From assembly GCA_965235115.1 (NCBI GenBank), contig OZ249436.1, positions 48,486,001-48,550,000 on the forward strand: 64,000 bases of DNA, given 5' to 3'. The position numbers and the translations under genes are program-made. This DNA is from Laetmonice hystrix. Its lineage: Eukaryota. The notes beneath the pieces are model-generated. The model ran no database searches and was not told the DNA's origin. It worked only from the letters and a program-made list of their open reading frames with translations. Below are positions 35,737 through 47,185 of the stretch, piece after piece. The stretch's first letter is position 1. Each line of letters begins with the position of its first letter.

Positions 35737-35957
35737 GGTCAGTTTGATTGGTGGAAGGAAGCGGATTTCCCAGTAAAGACCTTACCAGTCACTGACAAAC
35801 AGGGAGGCTTAAACCAGTCACTGACAAACAGGGAGGCTTAAACCAGTCACTGACAAACAGGGAGGCTTAAACCAGTCACTGACAAACAGGGAGGTTTAAA
35901 CCAGTCACTGACAAACAGGGAGGCTTAAACCAGTCACTGACAAACAAGGCGGCTTAA
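35737..35957 (-). repeat. SINE remnant running into a 29-bp minisatellite x 6
   Basis: GGTCAGTTTGATTGGTGGAAGGAAGCGGA matches the SINE core on the minus strand. The unit ACCAGTCACTGACAAACAGGGAGGCTTAA starts at 35784. Confidence 0.85.
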
Positions 35958-36028
35958 AATATGGTTACTTTTGAGGAAAACCAGAGGATGGTTCTCGATC
36001 CGACCGTAACACTATAGTTTAAGGCCGG

Positions 36029-36400
36029 ACTGGACAAATGTAACGTGTGACTATCAATAGTGGCAATGTAACTGGACAAATGTAACGTGTGACTATCAAT
36101 AGTGGCAACGTAACTGGACAAATGTAACGTGTGACTATCAATAGTGGCAATGTAACTGGACAAATATGACGTGTGACTATCAATAGTGACAATGTAACTG
36201 GACAAATGTAACGTGTGACTATCAATAGTGACAATGTAACTGGACAAATGTAACGTGTGACTATCAACAGTGGCAATGTAACTGGACAAATGTAACGTGT
36301 GACTATCAATAGTGGCAATGTAACTGGACAAATGTAACGTGTGACTATCAATAGTGGCAATGTAACTGGACAAATGTAGCGTGTGACTATCAATAGTAGC
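36029..36400. repeat. Minisatellite, 42-bp unit x ~9
   Basis: Unit ACTGGACAAATGTAACGTGTGACTATCAATAGTGGCAATGTA. Confidence 0.95.
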
Positions 36401-36663
36401 GATCAATATTACGCCGATGTTACACTTAAACAGTGTAACCCAGGTTTATCTAAGTGGCTAAGTAATGAATATTGCCTTTTCTTTTATACAGTATACTTTG
36501 TGCCTAACAATCAGTTCGCTTATCAACAATGATGGATCAAAGCCAGCATTGGGATTAGTATATTATGGTGTGAACGGCGTTCCTAAATTATGAGTTTCTA
36601 ACTGTAAGTAGATGGCACACCTCGTGACATTGGGCACTCTCGTCTCCAGTTAGAGCAATTTGA

Positions 36664-36767
36664 GGCAGATTCCAATCTCATTATTCTATATTGAATGACT
36701 TTTATAACAGTTTGCGGCAGATTCTAATCTCATTATTCTATATGGAATGACTTTTATAACAGTTTGC
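36664..36767. repeat. Direct duplication, 52-bp period
   Basis: GGCAGATTC(C/T)AATCTCATTATTCTATAT(T/G)GAATGACTTTTATAACAGTTTGC x2. Confidence 0.9.
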
Positions 36768-36888
36768 CGGCGCTAACTTGAGCCGATCCTGCTATTTCTT
36801 TCCCCGTGAGCCAGTTGTTCAATAGGGTAAAATTGGTATCTGCAGCCAGGAGCTAACGACGAGTGGCGCGTGCTTAGTGTCCTGGGTG

Positions 36889-37054
36889 GTTGCTACTGGA
36901 GGCTGGTAACAGTGATTGGTTCTATCGATCAATCGATCGATTGATCAATCGATGGTGACGGCCTGAGCCGTGCTAATGGTTGGATTAGCACCAAGCCTAA
37001 CTTGCGGCAGGATGTCGCCAGCGAATAATCCGGCCGAGCACGAACAGTAGCAAC
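36889..37054. promoter_or_regulatory. Candidate cis-regulatory module upstream of the NCKX exon
   Basis: 20-bp perfect palindrome GATCAATCGATCGATTGATC (36927-36946), GGATTA at 36982, TAATCC at 37026, ATTGG box, bracketed by GTTGCTACTG / CAGTAGCAAC. Confidence 0.4.
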
Positions 37055-38309
37055 TCTGTCCACCGTCTGCCGGCCTAGCTCGGACACGATACAAATACCG
37101 GCAGGCAATCACAAGGCTTAGCACGGATCGCTGGAGATCAATTAGTTAAATATTAACTTCAACACAATCTTCTCTTGATTGTTTTTCTTCCTACAGCTAG
37201 GTAGTTAGCTGTAGTCAGCGAGAGCGAGAGAGAGAGAGAACATGCAAGAACGCAAGCGCTTAGGTTTGGTCGTATTCTTCTTTATAAAAGTAATTAATTT
37301 TCATGTTATGATTATATCATGTTTATAAATTTGTCACTTCGGACCAAAGCTTCAAGAAAAACATAAACAAAAACTACTAGCTGAATCAACAACGGAAATA
37401 AACAATAATTTTTTTCTGCCAAAATTTTATATAATATGATCTCTTTCTCATAATTAGAGAGATTACTAATTCCAACGCACTCTTAAAAGGAGATCCGTCA
37501 GCTACTACTGAGTAAGTGTTGGTGCGGTTACACCGTGGCGGCCACTAAAACCATCTTCCCAACAGCTACTACTGACATCTTCGCTGGTTTTATTTCGGAG
37601 GGAGAATTTCCATAAAATTAAATCCACCAGTAACTGTATAAAAAGTGGAAAATGAGATCTATGTTCAGAATGTTAAAATAGCAATCACACAGACCTTTGA
37701 GTATGCCGTATTCGCATGCATGCATTTATGAATACGGCCCGAATTTGAAGTGTCAAGTTTCGGTTTTTCAACTTTCAGCTGCAACCAGAAGACATTATAA
37801 CATTTTAGCTCACCATCATGCCAGAGGATGGCTGCTCGTTCATTTTCTCCACATTTTTACACGTATTATATTATCTAATGCATGCATGCATCTTTATGTC
37901 CAGATGGCTGATACAAGGTGTTGCAGTAATCCAAACAATATTTTACGTTACATTTATATTGTTATCATATGCGGTTGGATGTAGGAACTTTCAAACGATA
38001 TATCACTGATAATTATTGTCTTCATGTCTCTGACTGTGTACGGTACGATTTTCATGACAGTGCTGCTCAGTGCTGCATGAGAAGAAAAATGTTTCAGAGG
38101 TGTCACTAAAGAGCTGAACACCTTGCGCAACACGTGTGGTGTCATCGGCTCGCCCTGACGCCTAATCACCCACCTGTCATTGAGGCCCTCAGTCTCACCG
38201 TGGTACGCTAGGGTCACGTGGGGTTCAGTATACGCGACTCCCCTTGGTCCTGTAATTAGCACATCGTTATGACCACTGTCCGCCAACCCACCTGCTAGCC
38301 CCTGCTGGG

Positions 38310-38392
38310 GCCAGTTGCATGACGGTCCGTTCGTTAAAATTCTCATTGAAAATACATGGGGAAATTAACGAACGGACAGTCATGCAACTGGC
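38310..38392. mobile_element. 83-bp foldback mini-MITE
   Basis: GCCAGTTGCATGACGGTCCGTTCGTTAA pairs with TTAACGAACGGACAGTCATGCAACTGGC (27 of 28 paired). Confidence 0.8.
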
Positions 38393-38594
38393 TTTTGCTA
38401 AAAGTCATGTCCGCCATGTCATCCCACAATTAGACAATACACCTAGCTCTGTTGAGTAATTCAAGAAGACACTAAGATAGGAATAGTATCTGTTACCCTA
38501 GGAATTGAAGTAAATGTGTAGGCCTACCTTATGTATGTGTATCTAGGAGACATTCTTTTGAAGACTCATTGAAAACTCCATTGTAATACTGTGA

Positions 38595-38879
38595 TACTAA
38601 TTTTGGCATTGTGCTGTTTCAGGAACTGCGGCGGCATTAGACACAAGCGGGACCTGCGCCATCTATCGGCCAACAGCAACAGGAAAAATCAACTTCCGGT
38701 CAACCATGTGCCCTGACACCCTCAATCATCAAGGTCAAAGCGTGACCCATCGGGAAAGCTGCATCGTAGACTCCAACTTTGTGACAGGACAAACATTCTC
38801 GTGAAGTAACAGTTATAAAACATTTCGGAAAAAATAGGCAAAGAAGGGAAGGAAGAGGAACATATGTCAATCCCGCACA
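38595..38879 (+). other. Branch point, acceptor and 5' UTR part of the NCKX first coding exon (exon starts at 38623)
   Basis: Branch-like TACTAAT at 38595 and acceptor TTGTGCTGTTTCAG|G at 38622/38623. Confidence 0.65.
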
Positions 38880-39719
38880 ATGAGTAGACTACAATTATAT
38901 CGATGCATGCGCAGACGATGGAGAGGCCCTCGTCTGGTTGCCATCCTCAGCGTCTTTGCCATCGGATACCTAAGTACTATTTTTGTTGTGGCCAATATGG
39001 CCCAGTCTACAAGACCCGATTATCAGCATGGAAACAGTATACAACTTGACCAGCGGTCCATGCACCGCAAGTTACTGGAACAGTCCCAAACCCAGGTTCC
39101 TAACTCAGCGACCACCCCAAGGCCCGGAGAATACCCACCCGCCGTTTTCAGCAGAGATCAGCTGAGGAACGGCGCTGTTATTCTTTATATTCTCGGCATG
39201 ATGTACATGTTTGTTGCACTCGCAATTGTCTGTGATGAATTCTTCGTACCCGCTCTGGAGGTCATCATTGAAAAGTATAGCATCTCGGATGACGTGGCAG
39301 GGGCCACCTTTATGGCTGCTGGCGGCAGTGCACCCGAGCTCTTCACAAGTTTCATTGGTGTCTTCATCGCCTACAGCAACGTCGGCATTGGAACTATTGT
39401 AGGCTCAGCAGTTTTTAACATTCTTTTTGTAATTGGAATGTGTGCCATCTTCAGCAAAGGGGTTCTTCAGCTGACGTGGTGGCCGCTATTTAGGGACGTC
39501 AGCTTTTATAGCATAAGCCTGATATGTTTGATTTTATTTTACCAAGACGAACATATTTACTGGTGGGAGGCCTTGCTTCTTCTACTCTGTTATGTAGCAT
39601 ATGTGATATTTATGAAATTCAATGCGGACATAGAATCTTGGGTCAAGTCGAAAATACAGCGCAATCGTGTGACGACAGTCCGGAGCACGGACAACCTCAT
39701 AAACGCTGACGCAGCCGCG
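38880..39719 (+). CDS. SLC24A2: K+-dependent Na+/Ca2+ exchanger (NCKX1/2, Nckx30C-like), first coding exon, 280 codons; the gene continues beyond
   Basis: N-terminal signal anchor, then YPPAVFS, YMFVALAIVCDEFFVPAL, alpha-1 repeat DVAGATFMAAGGSAPELFTS, VGIGTIVGSAVFNIL and LTWWPLFRD. GGSAPE is the NCKX1/2-type form. Phase-0 donor GCG|GTGAGT at 39719/39720. The symbol names the closest vertebrate group and is not a tested orthology. Confidence 0.93.
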
Positions 39720-41338
39720 GTGAGTACTCGGCTATATATTACATAGTTACGAGGGAGAGAGAAAGAGAGGGAAAGAAACAGGGAGAAAAAGAGAAAGAAA
39801 GAAAGAATGAAAGAAAGAAAGAAAGAAATTTGATTTGTGAATGGTGACATAAGGGTCTATGATTACTGAAAGGCCAGTTGGCCTACTGTTAGCCACTGAT
39901 CCACTGAGCCCGTACCAACGATCGGATTGGCTATTTTCCATTTCCGGTTGTCTCCTTGTCGTATTCGTCAACATCTGGGCCCGTTTTTTTATTGGAGCAT
40001 GAGTCGAAATTCATTGCTGGAGCTTGTGAGGGTTTCAGCTTATGGGATTGAGCTGTACATTTGGACTCAAGCTCCTCGAAAACGACCAGTAACGTCAATG
40101 ACCGCAGCATATAAATGTGACAACTCAATTTTAACTAATAGGCCAAGGTAGATTACCAGAAAACCATCAACCAAACTTTGGCATTGGCTTAGTGTCCTTT
40201 TGAACATGCAGCTGCTCGTTATGAGGCAATCACGGCGGTGCAAATTGTAATGGTACGTGATGTGATAATAGCATCCTTAGCAATATAATTAATACTTGTA
40301 AATTTGTGTGGAGGTGAATGGTTTATCATTAGCGATATTAATTATCAGCTAACTGTTGACACGTTCTGTGAATTGTAGGAAAGAATGGTCTTACCCTTCA
40401 GGATGTGTTGAGGATAGGTCTGTGGGGTTTAACACTTTTCCTATGCAGGCAATTCACGGCGTTCATTTATGTTGTAAGAAAGTAGTATATCAGGGGTCGT
40501 TTCACAGGCTTTTCAACCGGCGACAAACAGTCCGTCCCTTGGTGAATATGTAGGGGTTGGTTCGAACCCCTAGATTTGTTAGTGGATGGCCAGGCTGCCG
40601 ATCGAACCGTTTGTCGGTATATAACAGTCAGGGATGGACCCTTGCCTGTGTGTCTGTCTTGCCTGCTGAGGAATCGTATCAAAAGAGAAAGAGAGAGGAG
40701 AGGAGGGAGAGACAGAGGGAGAGAGACAGAGAGAGACAGAGACAGGCAGAGAGAGACAGAGACAGAGAACGAGAGCCAATAACTGGAGGATGGGGAGATG
40801 TCAGTGATGCATGGTTTCAGCATTATGCTACCACGAGCTGCCAATGTGCACACCTGCATCTTTACATACCCATTTCCATCTAGGATCAATCAATTAAAGA
40901 TGGCTGAAACACTCAGGTGTCAACATCAAAGGGCTGCACCTGCAGGAACTGTGGAATACCAAAGGGTTCAGGTGAGCTACTGGGTCTACGAATTTCCCAT
41001 ACAGCGGCAGAATCACGTGTGGTGGCAGGCAATGCTGAAGTGGATTGAATGGTAATGCACTAGGTGGGACGTGCACTGTGTACCCGCATGATCAGTGTTA
41101 AATCTGATTACAATCAGAGAAAGTTGCTGTAAAAAGACATAAAGATGCTGCCATAATGGGAAGCAATTGAATTTTTCTTTGATGACGTCATCAATGCGCA
41201 TATTGGTCTGTTGTGGAGAAAGAGGACAAATAACAGACTTGGTACACTACATCTTATTGCTCAGCCCGAGAGATTTAGCACTCTGCATTCTTTCGATTCT
41301 GTATTCACGGTTGTATAAGATGAAAGTACGGAAACGAC

Positions 41339-42582
41339 AACCCACATCGCCCCTTCAGGCCCGGTCTGACATATAAAATGACTAACACTGAAACTCACAT
41401 CGCCCCTTCTGGCCCGGTCTGACATATAAAATGACTACTGAAACCCACATCGCCCCTTCAGGCCCGGTCTGACATATAAAGTGACTAACACTGAAACCCA
41501 CATCGCCCCTTCAGGCCCGGTCTGACATATAAAATGACTAACACTGAAACCCACATCGCCCCTTCAGGCCCGGTCTGACATATAAAATGACCAACACTGA
41601 AACCCACATCGCCCCTTCAGGCCCGGTCTGACATATAAAATGACTACTGAAACCCACATCGCCCCTTCAGGCCCGGTTTGACATATAAAATGACTACTGA
41701 AACCCACATCGCCCCTTCAGGCCCGGTCTGACATATAAAGTGACTAACACTGAAACCCACATCGCCCCTTCTGGCCCGGTCTGACATATAAAATGACTAA
41801 CACTGAAACTCACATCGCCTCTTCAGGCCCGGTCTGACATATAAAATGACAACACTGAAACCCACATCGCCCCTTCAGGCCCGGTTTGACATATAAAATG
41901 ACTAACACTGAAACTCACATCGCCCCTTCAGGCCCGGTCTGACATATAAAATGACTAACACTGAAACCCACATCGCCCCTTCAGGCCCGGTCTGACATAT
42001 AAAATGACTACTGAAACCCACATCGCCCCTTCAGGCCCGGTTTGACATATAAAATGACTACTGAAACCCACATCGCCCCTTCAGGCCCGGTTTGACATAT
42101 AAAATGACTACTGAAACCCACATCGCCCCTTCAGGCCGGTTTGACATATAAAATGACTACTGAAACCCACATCGCCCCTTCAGGCCCGGTTTGACATATA
42201 AAATGACTACTGAAACCCACATCGCCCCTTCAGGCCCGGTTTGACATATAAAATGACTAACACTGAAACCCACATCGCCTCTTCAGGCCCGGTCTGACAT
42301 ATAAAATGACTAACACTGAAACTCACATCGCCTCTTCAGGCCCGGTCTGACATATAAAATGACTAACACTGAAACTCACATCGCCTCTTCAGGCCCGGTT
42401 TGACATATAAAATGACTAACACTGAAACCCACATCGCCCCTTCAGGCCTGGTTTGACATATAAAATGACTAACACTGAAACTCACATCGCCCCTTCAGGC
42501 CCGGTCTGACATATAAAATGACTACTGAAACCCACATCGCCCCTTCAGGCCCGGTTTGACATATAAAATGACTAACACTGAA
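41339..42582. repeat. Intronic minisatellite, mixed 53/50-bp units x ~24
   Basis: Unit AAACCCACATCGCCCCTTCAGGCCCGGT(C/T)TGACATATAAAATGACT(AAC)ACTG. Confidence 0.97.
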
Positions 42583-44092
42583 TGATATCAATCAGTGACG
42601 AGGGTAAAGCATGTCTTTAGCTGACATTCACCAGTCATAGACCGGTACGTGGACTTTTCGTTCCCGGGCGGGGTCATGGCTATTCAAAGGGAGGCCCCGA
42701 GTGACGTCGACGCCGGCGTCTGTCGTTTTTCACGCCAATCATCAGATCGCGTGAAAGCTCAGTGACCGGGGCGGTGTGGTGTGGGGGTGTGGTGTGGGGG
42801 TTCGTTTTCCTATAGAGGGCGTATTTCCGTGACATCAGTAGGCCGTATACATCTACTGAATATTGGTCCGTCGCCCTCTTTTAATAGCGCTGAAACCCTC
42901 ATGACCTTTCATGAAATATTGCGGCAGAGTGTGCCACTCTTTAGGCAGATTAAAACAGGCTAGGCCTATATCCCTGTGCTGCCACACGGTAATGTAAAAT
43001 ACGTTCTTATATTTTGATGTGGCGCGGTAATTACGGTATGGTAATCATGGTTGTTTTGTTTTTGTCGTCGTTATCGGAGTCGCTTTCTGACGCTTTTAAC
43101 ACCATAGCGCGAACTTTCTATAGGCCCTAATGGTAGCTCCTTGACCTCGCTTGGTCAAGCAGCCCCTACATCAGTACATGGGGACCAACATTGAGAATCT
43201 TCTATATGCTATACATACCGCTTTGTCTACTGGGTCGACAGCAAGGCCACACTGACGGGCCAGCATTCCTCAGGCACGGACCCAGGATTATTTTTAAGGG
43301 GGGGGGGGGCACAGACATTTTAAGAATAGGCATTAAAAGGGAGCGTAAGTCTCGCGACCGAAAACGAGGTTCGGTCTAAATAGGTCAGACCGCTGGCGAC
43401 ATGCAATGTTACGTCACAATTCCCCACTGGTTTAACATAGAGCGAGCGTACACCTCTCCAAACATCGGCCTTTCTTTTCACAATTAAATATTTCTTAAGT
43501 ATGAAGTGTATGTGTAAGTGAACATAAGAGATGTTGGTTCTGATGTATAGTAAGTTTGGTAACAAGGAGAACAATAATTGTGAAGTTATCAGTTAGAAGG
43601 TTTTTCGATGGGCCTCCCAATGCTAAATGAACGGAACCGGAATTTGGCTGGCGCCAGTTTGGGCCTCCAAACCGCATTTCTCGTCGATTCACGCATTGTG
43701 ACGTGACATACTGACGCTCCCTATTGAACCTAATCTGGAAATTCTTACTTGAAATAAGAACAACGTTATTTGAACTAAAGGAACATCATTTATTCAAGCA
43801 GCCAAACAATGTAACACGGTCACTTTATAATGCCGCGGATTTTGAATTGAAAAAAAAACTATGCTCGGCCAACTGAGGGGGGGGGGGACACGTGCCCCCA
43901 GTGGCTGTGCCCCCTGGATTCGTGCCTGTTAGTATTCTACCAGGTTCCGTCTCTCAACTGGTGACCCCATGTTTATCTAAAAACAGTTCCTGGCCTTTCG
44001 TTTTGTTCCTCCTCGTCCCAATTCAATCGGAGCACATCGGCAATTTCCGGAAGCGTTTGACGGCTGGGAATAACCTCCGAGAGAGTAAATAT

Positions 44093-44475
44093 CACTCAGG
44101 TCACCGTCGACTAACTTCGTCATGTCTCGGCTGTACGGCGGAGGTCGCCATGTTGGGGGACCTATATCTCTCACCGGTTGGGATCAGTGGCCCGGATGTA
44201 GACAACAACAAACTGAGACTTTATACAGAGCTAGAATATCTGGTTTGCTCGCAGGGGAAGAAGAGATTGTTTTGCCTCCATGGGTAGAATATTCGAGAAC
44301 GATATGTATGTTGAGAAATTAGCTTTGAACTATGTGCCTGTGCGTAGGGGGACATTCGACAATTTACCGCGCATATATTCATGCGCGACCGCTTCACAAG
44401 CCTTTGCGCAAATCCTGGCAAAATGGCGGCCTGGTTCGCCTCCCGATGTACCTAGAAACAACCAATCAGAAGCAG
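44093..44475 (+). mobile_element. Second copy of the 18263-18700 repeat
   Basis: Shared TCACCGTCGACTAACTTCGTCATG, GCCATGTTGGGGG, TTTGAACTATGTGCCTGTGCGT, GCGCAAATCCTGG and AAACAACCAATCAGAAGCAG. Confidence 0.85.
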
Positions 44476-45869
44476 CCTCGGTCGTTCCTAGTGGGTAAAT
44501 ATTAAATCCTTACAGTGAGGGGAACATGTCCCCTCACGTCTTGCCCCATGCTCATGAAGGCGTCTTACCCCACTCTGACCGTCATCACGTGACCTGTCCT
44601 CCCAAGAAAAGCAAGCTGCACCGCGACCTTAATATTTCTGCAAATTATTCAAGGGGACATCTGCCATTTTAATCTCCAGATGCTAGTTTTTCAAGGGTTC
44701 AACATCGTCTCCCTTTGTCAGATAAATGTGTAGAGTTCGGATCTGACTCAAAAAGGGGCAAAAACAATCATTTTGATCTAGTCGCCGGGAAACTGGCTTG
44801 GCGTAGCTGGTCGGATATAGGACGTCTTCCGGTCGCGCGTAAAACTTCCAGAAAATGCTAGGTGGCAGCAGATATGCCGCCCGGGCGTCTTACCCGGGCG
44901 GGGTTGCGCCTTGCCCCATGCTACTCATCCAGAAAAGCGAGGACATTTCACATTTGTATTGTAAAATGATTGACGAAAATATTTGTATCTTGTTGGGGAA
45001 ATACGATGGATACGAAACTACCTAGAACGTTTGCCTCCATGTTTTCGATGGGCCAATCACAGCGCTCTCTTAGATTAGCCTTGACCAGGCTCCATACATA
45101 GTCAATAATAGAGCTGGGGACCAGGCAAGGCGAGTGTGAGTATGTGGGCGGACAAAGCCGTTGGCGAACAAAGACTTCCCGATTTACAATTACATTGTAT
45201 AATGTAGTTATAGGCAGGTGTAAATGGACCTATATCTCTCACCGGTTGAAGATATGAGTAGGCCTATAGTCAGTCAATGTATAGGCCCTATATCAAAATT
45301 TCAAGTGATTGGCAGCTATAGGCCTATAATAATATCGAATGATTTTACGTTTTCTTCACTGGCCAGCATTCAGCAACACTCTATAGATTCGACAGTAGCA
45401 GCAGAGACAATTGACATTTAAAGTGGTGTACAAACAGACGTCGGACCTGGCGATGCAGAACCAGTGTTAGCGTAATCAGCATCATTTAAAATTTTATGGA
45501 GTCGTTGAGGCACTATAATAGTTTCTCTCGTGATCAGCCCGCTTTCACCGACTTTTGAAAATTACCGGCTTGTTGCCATTTTTATGCATGCAGCCTTTAA
45601 ATTCTAAAAGGTTGTGCTCCGTGGTCAAATGTGGGGAAGAGGGATTTTTTCAGGAGGTTGTTAGACAGCCCCGAACCAGTAAATTTATGCAAGATTATGT
45701 TACATGATATAGGCCTAGCCCCTACTCCTTAATTGATTTTGGATGCAGTACCCACATTTTTGCTTATAATAGAACACTACATGTAGCACTTATTGTTACC
45801 CCGGCGAACACGTTCCCTCCAACAATTTTGAAATTTTAGTTTGAGAGTTTTTAATTGTTTTGTGATTAA

Positions 45870-46406
45870 AGGCCCGGCCACACAGAGCCGACTACCCCCA
45901 ACCCGATGGTCGGAGGCCCGGGGGGTCCAAATCGGCCAACTACTCAGTCAGTCTGATATACGCCCAACCATGCCACACTGAATGCGATCCGCAAGTCGGG
46001 AGTGGGATGCCACACTAGCGACACCACGCGTGACCAGTATATAGGCCTACTATTGTAACTATTCATTCCCCTAGCGGTAGTTCTCACTCCGCCATGTTGT
46101 TTGTGTTGTCCCGCTCGCAGGGTATCTTGGGAGTAGCGTTTGTATGGTGCGCGCTGTGATTGGCTGGTAAGCAGCCCGACTGTTGAGTCTGGTCGGTAGG
46201 TATGTCACACAGGCCCGACTAGGCCCGACCAGACCAAACCGTTTGGTCGCTCAGCTTGTGGAGGACAAGATGAACGAGGGGACTGGTCAGTCGGTGAAAA
46301 ACACCCGACTACGGCCGACCGACAATGCCAGACAGGGCCGACTACCCCCGACTCGACTCCCCCAGACCATCGGGTCGGGGGTAGTCGGCTCTGTGTGGCC
46401 GGGCCT
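45870..46406. mobile_element. PIF/Harbinger-type MITE, 537 bp
   Basis: 42-bp TIR AGGCCCGGCCACACAGAGCCGACTACCCCC(A/G)ACCCGATGGTC with 1 mismatch, TAA/TTA flanks, CCGAC subrepeats. Confidence 0.88.
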
Positions 46407-46906
46407 TTAGACTCATATAAAAGAAAGTTTAACTCTTTAACAACAGTCACCATAAAGCCGAAGTATATGAGAGTAATATGATTAATGACGTTCTTGAAAA
46501 GACGTTTTTACACGACTTATACACTTTGATCTCCTCCTGACCAAATCGTTACAATATACACGGGGTTGTACTTAGCATAGAATTTATCGTAATCTCTTGA
46601 AATTGATTATATGATTCAGACTGTAGCTTGGGGAATTTTTGAGGTGATCCATGATTTATCGAAACGGTAAAGGATTGTTCATGATACGTCAATCAATAGT
46701 AGATTACGGGCGGAACAGCTTGCCAGAGTTTTTTTACTGTTGGCTACTTCTGCACGTATAGAATGAAACTCGCGGACACTTACTACTATAGGTATAGATT
46801 GGAACCACGAATAGCGGGACTTATTACATCATTTAAAAATCCACATAGAATGTATCCATGAACTAACTAAAAATACAATGAATGTCTCAATGATACCGCT
46901 AGTGTT

Positions 46907-47051
46907 CACTCTAAAAACAGATTGGTTGAATTGACCAATATTGGTTGAAATGTGTCCAACCAATCCAATTGGTTGGACACATTTAAACCAATATTGGTTG
47001 AATGATTCAACCAATATCTTGGTTAATTTCAACCAATCTGTTTTTAGGGTG
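46907..47051. mobile_element. Short EnSpm/CACTA-like MITE, 145 bp
   Basis: CACTCTAAAAACAGATTGGTTGAA pairs with TTCAACCAATCTGTTTTTAGGGTG. AACCAA/TTGGTT subrepeats inside. Confidence 0.85.
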
Positions 47052-47185
47052 TATACGTTAGGATAAATCTATAGTCTATAGAAAATGGCCGCAAAATAAA
47101 GATAATTGAATTTGGGAATGTAAATAAAATTTAAACATAAAATATAAATAAAAAGTGCATAGAACTGATTTGTGAACACAGGGTA

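Noticed and set aside
35954..36406. 150-aa and 124-aa repeat ORFs
   Set aside because: The 42-bp unit is a multiple of three, so open frames arise trivially.
39720..39746. The last residues (VSTRLYIT-stop) of the 288-aa ORF as the true NCKX C-terminus
   Set aside because: This is read-through past a canonical GTGAGT donor. The protein would lack the alpha-2 half.
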